Below are positions 55,382 to 64,000 of a stretch of 64,000 nt of DNA, piece by piece. The stretch's first letter is position 1; each line of letters starts with the position of its first letter. Location of the stretch: positions 1 to 64,000 of the IMG/VR virus record IMGVR_UViG_3300044796_000056; one strand, written 5' to 3'. This DNA is from a virus. The position numbers and the translations under genes are program-made. Below the pieces are notes generated by a model, which saw only the letters and a list, made by a program, of their open reading frames with translations, made no database searches and had not been told where the DNA came from.

Positions 55382-57451
55382 ATGGCAGCCACAGCAAATA
55401 CTAGCAAGCTTCAATTAACCAGTCTTGACTTCGATAGCATCAAGACGAATCTGGTCACGTTCCTTCAGGGACAAGAACAGTTTGCTGACTACGACTTCAC
55501 TGGGTCTGCCTTCAATGTCTTGATCGACTTGCTTGCTTACAACACTCATTACAATGCAATTTACTTGAACCTTGTAGCCAATGAAATGTTCTTGGATACT
55601 GCGGTCCTACGCTCCACGGTGGTTTCTCATGCTAAAGCACTGGGCTATACTCCTCGCTCTACAACTTCTCCCCAAGCAACTGTCAATGTATCCATCACAC
55701 CAGCCGTCACGGACAACACGTCCATATTGACACTGCCTCGTTTCAGTCAGTTTTCTTCTGACTCTTTGAATGGTACCAGCTATAACTATGTGACCTTGGA
55801 TGACCAGACAGTTACGATCGACGGCGGCACATTCAACTTTACTGAAGTTCAGATTGCAGAAGGACAACCAGTCGTTGTGACCTTCCAAGTCGATAGCCTA
55901 ACGAATCCAAACCAGATGTTCCCTATCACTAGCGCGAACGTCGACACGGCTACATTCCAAGTCATTGTCCAGACTAGTCAGACCAACACTACGAAGCAAA
56001 CATTCACGCTGGCTACCGATCTGACGACTATCGATGCGAACGCATCTGTATACTTCCTTGAGGAAGGTGCTAATGGTTCATATCAGATTTATTTCGGCGA
56101 CGGAGTGATTGGCCAAGCTTTATCTGATGGTAATATTTTGGTTGTGTCTTACCTAACTACAGCAGGTGATGCATCAAATGGGCTTGACGGATTTGCACTA
56201 CAATCTAATCTATTGGCGGGCTCAACGGCTAACGTTACTACTGTCAATCCGTCCGCAGGCGGATCTCCAATTGAGTCTGTTGCTTCTATCAAGTTCACAG
56301 CGCCCAAAGCATATGTGGCCCAAAACCGCGCAGTCACAGTCAACGACTACGTCGCGCTGATCAATAAGAATTATCCGTTCTTCGATGCTGTTACTGTTTG
56401 GGGCGGTGAGACTGAATCACCTCCTGTATACGGAACGGTGTTCGTATCTGGTAAGCCTAAGAACGGTTATGGTATTACAGTACAACAACAGCAATACATC
56501 ATACAGAACGTCATTAACCCTATCAGTGTGCTGACGGTTACTCCAGTCTTCGTTCTACCAGACTACAACTATTTGAACTTCAGCTTTGACGTTGACTATG
56601 ACTCAACACAAACGCAGCTGACAGAGACCCAAGTCATCGGCGAGATCACGGCAGCCGTCGAAAATTTTGCTAACTTGAATTTCAACACATTCAATTCTAC
56701 GTTCCGTCTGTCACGTTTATTGAGCTCTGTCGACTCTGCTGATAACAGCATTCTGGGCTCTGACTGCTCTATCTTAATTCAGAAGCAGATCATACCTGCT
56801 TTGGGTGTGAGCCAGACCTACCAGATGAACACAGGCGTCCAGTTGCTACCCGGCACTCCTGCTGCTCACTTGTATAGCTCTCCAAGCTTTACGATCAACG
56901 ATGCCGGTGGTGTTCCTCGAGCCGCATTCATTGAAGAGACACCAAACTCTTACTCTGGTTTGAACAATATCAACATCGTTCAGCCAGGCAGCGGTTACTC
57001 ATCGCCTCCAACTCTAACAGTTACGGGAGATGGAGTAGGTGGCAATGCCTATGCAACGATCGTCAATGGCCAGGTCCACTCTGTCATCATCGATAATGCC
57101 GGCTCTGAATATACGACCGCAACTGTTACAGCATCTGGTGGCGGTGGTCTGGGCGCAAGCTTCTCTGTCATTCTACAAGGACAGTATGGCACGCTGCGCA
57201 CATACTACTATGATGCGACGAACAACAAGGTCATTCTAAATCCTAATGCCGGAACTATCGACTACATAAACGGTATCATTACACTGAACAACTTTGCGCC
57301 GATAGCGATCAACAATCAATTTGGCCAATTGAATATCTACGTGCCACCAGCAGCACTATCATTCTCTTCAAGCAGGAACATTATCCTGACATTGAATCCA
57401 AATGACCAGAACGCTGTGCGTGTTACAATGAACGATGAGAACAATTACTAA
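55382..57451 (+). CDS. 6: baseplate wedge gp6
   Basis: LDFD.IK, DYDF.GS, LAYNTHY, QNRAVT..DY, WGGE. Confidence 0.95.
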   Translation: MAATANTSKLQLTSLDFDSIKTNLVTFLQGQEQFADYDFTGSAFNVLIDLLAYNTHYNAIYLNLVANEMFLDTAVLRSTVVSHAKALGYTPRSTTSPQATVNVSITPAVTDNTSILTLPRFSQFSSDSLNGTSYNYVTLDDQTVTIDGGTFNFTEVQIAEGQPVVVTFQVDSLTNPNQMFPITSANVDTATFQVIVQTSQTNTTKQTFTLATDLTTIDANASVYFLEEGANGSYQIYFGDGVIGQALSDGNILVVSYLTTAGDASNGLDGFALQSNLLAGSTANVTTVNPSAGGSPIESVASIKFTAPKAYVAQNRAVTVNDYVALINKNYPFFDAVTVWGGETESPPVYGTVFVSGKPKNGYGITVQQQQYIIQNVINPISVLTVTPVFVLPDYNYLNFSFDVDYDSTQTQLTETQVIGEITAAVENFANLNFNTFNSTFRLSRLLSSVDSADNSILGSDCSILIQKQIIPALGVSQTYQMNTGVQLLPGTPAAHLYSSPSFTINDAGGVPRAAFIEETPNSYSGLNNINIVQPGSGYSSPPTLTVTGDGVGGNAYATIVNGQVHSVIIDNAGSEYTTATVTASGGGGLGASFSVILQGQYGTLRTYYYDATNNKVILNPNAGTIDYINGIITLNNFAPIAINNQFGQLNIYVPPAALSFSSSRNIILTLNPNDQNAVRVTMNDENNY

Positions 57452-60144
57452 TGACGCAGCCAGTAGGTATTGGTCCATTTGACGGAAACGTCATAACCAA
57501 TACGGTCAGCACTTTTGTCTTCTCTCAATTCCCTGAGTTTATCCGGGAAGGTTCTCCTACGTTCGTAGCCTTCCTCCAGGCTTACTTCGAGTTCCTAGAG
57601 ACGGTAGAGTTGCCTTCTCCAAATGCTAATAACGTCATCTACAATGCGAAAAACTTGCTGAACTATAAGGACGTGGATAATACCACGGACCTGTTCATCC
57701 AATACTTCATCAATGACTTCTTACCCTACTTCCCAAATGATGTAGCCCTTGATGAACGTAAGCTGATCAAGGTCGCCCGTCAGTTCTACCAGCAGAAGGG
57801 CACTCCACAGTCTATTCAGTTCTTGTTCCGCGTCCTATACAACAAGGAAGCGGACATCTATTTCCCAAAGAATAACATTCTGAAGTTGTCTGATGGTAAG
57901 TGGACTCTTCCACAGGCTCTACGTTTGTTGCTTGACGCTAACAACATCAGTTTCCCGGTTCAATCTCTGGTCAATCTGATAGGTACGGGTAGCGAGTCAG
58001 GAGCACAATGCGTCATTGAAGCAGCCAACAAGGTTGTGGATCCAAACTTGGGTTTCGAGATCGTTGAGGTCTATGTCTCTGGTATTACAAAGCCTTTCGA
58101 TGACTTAGAGTCTTTGATTGTCAATTATGGTACAGACGCCAACGGCAATCCTCTGATCTTTGAAGAGAAGATCATCGCCGCTCTATCCAGCATCCAGATA
58201 GATCCACACAACCAAGGTCTGACCTACGTCACTGGTGATCCTGTCGTATTGACCGGAGGTCTTGAACCTAACGATCCTCAAGCACAAAAGGCTGTAGCCT
58301 ACGTCGGCAACGTCACGACTGGTTCTGTGACTTCTATTAACGTGAATTTCGGTGGCTATGACTACCGTGACAACCCTAACACGCTGGTCACATTCACTGC
58401 GGCTCCTGGAGACAACGGAGTAGGTGCAGAGGCAATCGTCTCTTCTATCGACACAGCCAATGCTGTATACTTAGAAGTCAATATAGATTGTTTGGAGTTT
58501 CATCAGAACAATACGCTTGGTGGTTCTGGTTGGGGATTCGCCAATGACTCTGTTGCTAATGGCAACACTCCTATGAGTCGGGCATTGACGTTTGCTAACC
58601 TAGAGTTTGCGCCTATCCGCACAATGACTGTAACTCAACAGGGTGGTGGTTATGGGAAGGTGCCTTCTGTTGATATGGAAGTCATCTATTACACTGACCT
58701 GACAAACGCTTTGATTGAAGCAGATGATCCTACAGCCAACACTACGTTCCAGAACATCGATGACTTGGGTCTATTCGCAGCGGTCCAGGTACTGAACAGT
58801 GGCAGTGGTTACTCTAATGCATCAGACTCTATCTATCTGAACACCAATATTGGTAGCAACGCTGCCTTCGGGTTCTCTACCGGAGTCAATGGAGCTATCA
58901 CCAGCGTCACTGTAAATAATCCAGGACGTGGCTACATCGACATCCCTAACGTCGGTCTATACCTAGCCAACACCGCTAACCGTAATGCTCCTTCTTTGGG
59001 AACCGGTGCCGTGCTCGAGGCTTTCGGTTACGGCCAGGGTGCCAACCTGACGATCGGTGTCAACAAAATCGGTCAGATTATAGACTTCAACCTAGTCAAC
59101 CGTGGCTTCGATTACATCGCGGCTCCTAACGTATCTCTACGCATACAAGACGTCACCATCAATCCATTGGGTGCTGAGCAGTTCCCTGAACCAGATGCTA
59201 TTATCTATCAGGGAGCCAATGCCAATGTCGCAACCTACACAGGATATGTAGACTCAGAGCAACCAAACAACGTTATCCGCATCTACAACTACAAGGGAGC
59301 CATCAACGTCTTCCAGAACTTGGTAATGACGTTGACGAACGAGACTGTGATCAATGTGTCTATTAACACATATGCTACACAACCTGTAGTCACCTACGGC
59401 AACGGTCTGGCTAAGGCAAACGCAATCTTCTTGAACGGTTTGATTCAGTACCCAGGATTCTACCTGAACACTGACGGTATGATGTCTGCTGATCAATACT
59501 TCCAGGATGCCAACACATATCACAACTACAGCTATCAGATCATCGTAGAGGAAGCTCTAGCAACATACAAGAGTGTCCTGATGCAATTGGCTCATCCAGC
59601 CGGTATGTCTATGCTGGGTATCTATGCTGTCCCTGCTACCGAAGAAGTATCTACAGCATTCAGTTCTAACATCCAGTACACGAATGACTTGACTGGTACG
59701 ATCAACGTTTCTAACAACTTGGTCACTGGACTTGGTACTCAGTTCAGCACCTGGGGAATCAAGGCAGGCGATTTGATCACGTTCGACACGAGTGGTCCAT
59801 CTACTCGCCAAGTCACCAAGGGCATCATCTCTGTTGCTAACAACACGAGTCTAACTCTGGAGTCTAACACCCAGTATGTTTACAACGGCTCTGCCTCTGT
59901 TGCTAACAGCAGCAATGTAATCACTCTATCTGTAAATGACGTATCAGGCAACCTGGTCATCGGTGATAACGTAGCGATCTTGATCGACAACGTCGTTACG
60001 TCTCTATACATCACGGTATTGAATCCTCCTAACCAGATCAACGTCAATGCAGCTATCGTTGTTGGTGGAAACGATGTACCAATCGCATTCACGCGTGAGT
60101 ACACAGGCGCAAGCTTCGTAATCACTGCTCCTGTAGCAACCTAA
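57451..60144 (+). CDS. 7: baseplate wedge gp7-like
   Basis: Q.PEF.RE, FY..KGT..S..FLFR.LY, YHNYSY, HPAG. Confidence 0.85.
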   Translation: MTQPVGIGPFDGNVITNTVSTFVFSQFPEFIREGSPTFVAFLQAYFEFLETVELPSPNANNVIYNAKNLLNYKDVDNTTDLFIQYFINDFLPYFPNDVALDERKLIKVARQFYQQKGTPQSIQFLFRVLYNKEADIYFPKNNILKLSDGKWTLPQALRLLLDANNISFPVQSLVNLIGTGSESGAQCVIEAANKVVDPNLGFEIVEVYVSGITKPFDDLESLIVNYGTDANGNPLIFEEKIIAALSSIQIDPHNQGLTYVTGDPVVLTGGLEPNDPQAQKAVAYVGNVTTGSVTSINVNFGGYDYRDNPNTLVTFTAAPGDNGVGAEAIVSSIDTANAVYLEVNIDCLEFHQNNTLGGSGWGFANDSVANGNTPMSRALTFANLEFAPIRTMTVTQQGGGYGKVPSVDMEVIYYTDLTNALIEADDPTANTTFQNIDDLGLFAAVQVLNSGSGYSNASDSIYLNTNIGSNAAFGFSTGVNGAITSVTVNNPGRGYIDIPNVGLYLANTANRNAPSLGTGAVLEAFGYGQGANLTIGVNKIGQIIDFNLVNRGFDYIAAPNVSLRIQDVTINPLGAEQFPEPDAIIYQGANANVATYTGYVDSEQPNNVIRIYNYKGAINVFQNLVMTLTNETVINVSINTYATQPVVTYGNGLAKANAIFLNGLIQYPGFYLNTDGMMSADQYFQDANTYHNYSYQIIVEEALATYKSVLMQLAHPAGMSMLGIYAVPATEEVSTAFSSNIQYTNDLTGTINVSNNLVTGLGTQFSTWGIKAGDLITFDTSGPSTRQVTKGIISVANNTSLTLESNTQYVYNGSASVANSSNVITLSVNDVSGNLVIGDNVAILIDNVVTSLYITVLNPPNQINVNAAIVVGGNDVPIAFTREYTGASFVITAPVAT

Positions 60145-60168
60145 ATATGTGAAATCACAGGTATTCTC

Positions 60169-61833
60169 ATGGCCAATCCTCTTCTACAATCTCAACCATT
60201 CCCAACCGTCGAAGGTCGCGTAAAGCGAGCTCTTGACGCTATCCAAGAACTTGGTGGAGAGACCGGTGATAATGTCTACTTGGGCATAGGCCATGGCTAT
60301 CCCTGGGCAGCCAACGATACGATGATTCCTGTTCCTCAGAATACTACAGACTATGCCAACCAGGTCCACCGCGACTTGGTTGCTCTTAAGAAGCTTTCTA
60401 TCTCTACCGCCTCTCTGGTTGTTCAACGCCATGACTGGGTGGCCAACACTTACGTCTACGATCCATATCAAGAGTCTGTAGATATGTTTGCAACCGAACA
60501 GGACATTGCTTGTAACGGAACGGTCAGCGTGACCAACAGCAACATTCTGGTCGGCGTTAATACGACCTTCAACGTAGACTTCAGCATTGGCCAAACGGTC
60601 CAGTTGAACGGTGACGATATCTTCTCTATTGACCAACGCTTCCAAGTTATCAATATAGCTGGTCCAAACTTGATGACTATAAATTCTAATACAGTCGGCA
60701 CATTCACCAATGCTACATTGACAAAGGTCATCGATACCTCTCCAAACTACGCATTGAATTTCTATGTGCGTAACATCTATGACCAGGTCTTCATCTGCTT
60801 GGCAAATAACAACGGCAGCGTTTCTACGGCTATGCCTCAGATCAGTCTTGGTGGTCAGCTACCACAAGATCCATACATCATCGCGGATGATGGTTATCTT
60901 TGGAAGTATCTATACACGATGTCTAGTGGTTCAAAAAAGTTGTTCTTCACTGAGAACTGGATGCCTATCGGTTCAGATCCTAGCGTTCTTGGAGCAGCTG
61001 TCGATGGTCGTTTAGATATCATCAACATCCTGGATGGTGGAGAAGGATACAACAGCAATGTTGCTGCTTGCTCTGCTCCAATTCTTGTCCTTGTAGGAGA
61101 TGGTACAGGTGCTAACCTTACGGCTCAAGTGGACTCCAACGGTACGATCACCGCAGTCAATATCCTCAATGGTGGACAGAACTACACTACCGCACAACTC
61201 TATGCTAACACTGGAGCTAATGGGGTTGGTGCCCTATTTGATGTTGTTATCGGACCACGTGGAGGATACGGAAGCAATGTGGCCCTGGAGTTAGGTGCCA
61301 CAACTCTTATGGTCAGCACGAGTTTGACGGACACAGAAAATGGTACTGTTCCTGTACAAGACATCTCTGGCGCCTATTTCACATATCGTCAGTTGTCTCT
61401 GATCTTGAATCCAGAGACCTCTAGCAGCAATGTCGCAAGCAACACCAACTATGATATGACACTGGCTATTCAGGTGTCTCCATTGGGTAATGCTATCTTC
61501 AATATGGGTGACATTGCTTACCAAAACTTCGCCAATGGTGTGCTCCAGGGCGCAACCTTCACGAGCACGGTTGTGTGGTATGATGCAAGTACGCAAGAAT
61601 TACACCTAAATAACATCGGTGGTACGGGTGTGTACACTCCTAATCAACCTATCAAGGGTGTTACACGAGGATCTTCATTGAATGCAGCGCCTTACATCAC
61701 GGCTGCTGGATTCGCTGCAACAGAACCAGAGGTTGATACGTTTAGCGGTGTGGACATCTACTTCGAGAACGTTGCTCCAATTCAAAGATTCCCTCTACAG
61801 ACCGAAGAGATCAGATTGATCATAAGCTTCTAA
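60169..61833 (+). CDS. 8: baseplate wedge gp8-like
   Basis: YLGIG, R.DW, FYV.N...VF.CL.N, DGYLWKYLYT, E.IRLII.F. Confidence 0.85.
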   Translation: MANPLLQSQPFPTVEGRVKRALDAIQELGGETGDNVYLGIGHGYPWAANDTMIPVPQNTTDYANQVHRDLVALKKLSISTASLVVQRHDWVANTYVYDPYQESVDMFATEQDIACNGTVSVTNSNILVGVNTTFNVDFSIGQTVQLNGDDIFSIDQRFQVINIAGPNLMTINSNTVGTFTNATLTKVIDTSPNYALNFYVRNIYDQVFICLANNNGSVSTAMPQISLGGQLPQDPYIIADDGYLWKYLYTMSSGSKKLFFTENWMPIGSDPSVLGAAVDGRLDIINILDGGEGYNSNVAACSAPILVLVGDGTGANLTAQVDSNGTITAVNILNGGQNYTTAQLYANTGANGVGALFDVVIGPRGGYGSNVALELGATTLMVSTSLTDTENGTVPVQDISGAYFTYRQLSLILNPETSSSNVASNTNYDMTLAIQVSPLGNAIFNMGDIAYQNFANGVLQGATFTSTVVWYDASTQELHLNNIGGTGVYTPNQPIKGVTRGSSLNAAPYITAAGFAATEPEVDTFSGVDIYFENVAPIQRFPLQTEEIRLIISF

Positions 61834-61843
61834 GAGTACAAAT

Positions 61844-64000
61844 ATGACAGGTTTTCCAATATCACTGAACGTTGCTCCATACTACGATGATGCAAACACT
61901 GCCATCGAGAACAACTATGTTCAGATACTCTTTAAGCCAGGTCTAGCTCTACAGACTCGTGAAGCAACTCAGTTGCAGGACATCCTGCAAAACCAGATCA
62001 GCCAGTTGGGAGATTTCGTTCTGGCAGATGGTTCCCCGGTCCAAGGTGGGCACGTTTCTTTCGACGGAACGGCCCAAGCACTAACACTGCAGCAACAGTA
62101 TGCCAATGCCGACATAAATCTATCTGACTTCTTTGTCAATGGCGAGCCTACTTTAATCATCAATGCCTCTGGTAATACGATCATCAAGGCAGTCGTCATC
62201 GGTGTCGATACGACACAGACCAATCCTGTTATCGTTGTCAAGTATCTGACCGGCACCCAGTTCGCTGACGGTGCGGTTATCCAGGTTGCTACCGGTGTTC
62301 AGTCTCAGGCTCAACTACAAGCAAACAACTCTAGTTCAGAGGCCTCTGTTGCTTCTATCAGCGCTGGCGTGTTTTACTCTGGCGGCTACTTCGTAACCGT
62401 CCAACCAACGACTATCGTTATCTCTTCTAGCAACTCAGCACCAACCTGCTATGTTGGTCTAGAGATCGAAGCCTCTATCATCAATTCTGGTGAAGACTCA
62501 TCTCTATTGGATCCTGCTCAGGGTAGCTTCAACTACCAGGCTCCTGGCGCCGACCGTGCACAATACAATCTGAACCTGGCATACAGAACGTTCGATTCTA
62601 CAGACACGACTGCCTTCTACAACTTGGTCACCATAGAGAATGGTTTGATCACGAGCCAAGTAGAGTATCCAGTCCTTGGAACGATCAACAACACGCTAGC
62701 AAAGCGTACCTATGACACCAATGGTGACTTCGTTGTCAAACCATTCATCATCACAACCGGTGTCAACCAGGCGAACGCCGAGCAATACGGTATCACCGTC
62801 TCTCCAGGTGAAGCATTCGTCAAGGGTTTCGAGTTCGAGACCGTCGGTGCGCAGACTCTGTATGCTGACAAGGCTTTGGATACCAACACCATTTCTGATT
62901 ACACGTTCTCCCTAGAGTACGGTAACATTCTGACTGTAACCAACCTGTATGGTGGTAACACTTCAGGATCATTCAACATCGCTGGTTACCAGAACGTAGA
63001 CGTTCACTGCGTTGCCTCTGGTCAAATCGTCAATGGTCCATTCGCTGGTGATTATGCCGCTACCAAGATGGGTACGGCTCGTGTCCGTGACATCGAGACC
63101 AATGGAACGGGCGGCTCTTACTTCGCATACATCCTTGACTTGAACCTGACACCAAACACCTTGATTGCTACTGCCGGTAGCGCAAACAGCTTCACGTTCC
63201 CTGCGACCTTCGCTAACGTAGCGTCTAACGCATACGCCAATGTACAGGTGACTATCAACACTGGCGGTTTCATCGATCAAGCAACTATCCTTTCTTACAA
63301 TTCTTCAAACAGAATCGCAACTCTGGATCGCTTGCTTTCTACCGCAGCAAACTCTACCTCTAACGTCAGCTTGAACTACGGTATCAGTGACATTGACTCT
63401 TTGGTTATCCAGCCAAGCGGTCAGGGCAACACCTATTACACGCAGGAAGCGGCCAACGCTGTCGATGCTTGTATGGATGTCAGCTTCCTAGGCCGCAACA
63501 TCAATGGTAACACTCAGCTATTGGATCAACAGTTCAACAAGTTGATCTGGGCTCTACCACAGAGTCCGGTTGAGCAAAACTCTATCAATGACGCAAGCTT
63601 CGGTGCTCGTAACTGTCTGTTGAATCAGAGTTTCGCCAACACCTCTTTGACCATTAGCTCTGGCTCTGGTCTAGGCACACAGCAGTTCTTCCCTTACGGT
63701 TTCGAGAACCAGTTGCTACCTGATGCTGTAGCCACCGAGAACTTCATTGTTATCGTCCGCAACGCTCTGTCTAGCAACTTGTCTAACGGACAAGTTCTGG
63801 TAATGAACCGCAACCAGCTGGGTGGATCTGCCGGCAATGGTGTGTTCCAGGTAGATACAACCCACGTCACGATAGCAACTAGCGCAAGCTCTGCCTTCAA
63901 TGGCGACGTCTACTTCACGGTATCTCAGGCAAATGCTTCTACCTCTGTTCGTCGTACTAAGACTCTGTTCGGTAACACGAGCAACGTGGTCCTAGCAGCA
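61844..64000 (+). CDS. DUF4815/VrlC-like large virion (tail) protein, truncated by window end
   Basis: NVAPYYDD, ILFKPG..LQ.RE.TQLQ.ILQNQ, L.DPAQGS.NYQAPGADR, LA.RTYD..G.F; open to the end. Confidence 0.88.
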   Translation, partial: MTGFPISLNVAPYYDDANTAIENNYVQILFKPGLALQTREATQLQDILQNQISQLGDFVLADGSPVQGGHVSFDGTAQALTLQQQYANADINLSDFFVNGEPTLIINASGNTIIKAVVIGVDTTQTNPVIVVKYLTGTQFADGAVIQVATGVQSQAQLQANNSSSEASVASISAGVFYSGGYFVTVQPTTIVISSSNSAPTCYVGLEIEASIINSGEDSSLLDPAQGSFNYQAPGADRAQYNLNLAYRTFDSTDTTAFYNLVTIENGLITSQVEYPVLGTINNTLAKRTYDTNGDFVVKPFIITTGVNQANAEQYGITVSPGEAFVKGFEFETVGAQTLYADKALDTNTISDYTFSLEYGNILTVTNLYGGNTSGSFNIAGYQNVDVHCVASGQIVNGPFAGDYAATKMGTARVRDIETNGTGGSYFAYILDLNLTPNTLIATAGSANSFTFPATFANVASNAYANVQVTINTGGFIDQATILSYNSSNRIATLDRLLSTAANSTSNVSLNYGISDIDSLVIQPSGQGNTYYTQEAANAVDACMDVSFLGRNINGNTQLLDQQFNKLIWALPQSPVEQNSINDASFGARNCLLNQSFANTSLTISSGSGLGTQQFFPYGFENQLLPDAVATENFIVIVRNALSSNLSNGQVLVMNRNQLGGSAGNGVFQVDTTHVTIATSASSAFNGDVYFTVSQANASTSVRRTKTLFGNTSNVVLAA

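Noticed and set aside
43971-64000. Genome-wide stop-codon reassignment
   Set aside because: Structural genes are full length under code 11 and end in TAA

Overview
A 64 kb segment of a large T4-like (myovirus) phage genome, probably infecting a Gram-negative proteobacterium. From left to right: (1) spanin-like lipoprotein, GIY-YIG endonuclease, primase, ThyX, class II ribonucleotide reductase, RuvC-like resolvase and MazG-like genes; (2) an ~11 kb RNA-gene island with a ~1 kb GOLLD-like structured RNA, about 38 tRNAs covering all 20 amino acids, three HNH genes, a trypsin-like lipoprotein and many non-tRNA structured RNAs between the tRNAs; (3) a hypervariable region of small ORFs in cassettes headed by a repeated ~90 bp promoter element, plus DNA ligase, RNA ligase, ClpP, phosphoesterases, PilZ, SET and VPEID-CTERM-like genes; (4) a lone amber-anticodon tRNA, a Pth2-like gene and a permuted two-piece tmRNA; (5) GuaC, gp33, gp59, gp32 and the baseplate module (gp51, 26, 54, 2, 4, 48, 53, 27-like, 5, 25, 6, 7, 8, DUF4815). 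The strongest candidate for an undescribed system is the RNA island, with its CCA-ended tRNA mimics, a duplicated covarying pseudoknot motif and T-arm-first elements. All calls are by eye from motifs, synteny and base-pairing; no searches were run, and a few single-base frameshifts suggest possible indel errors.
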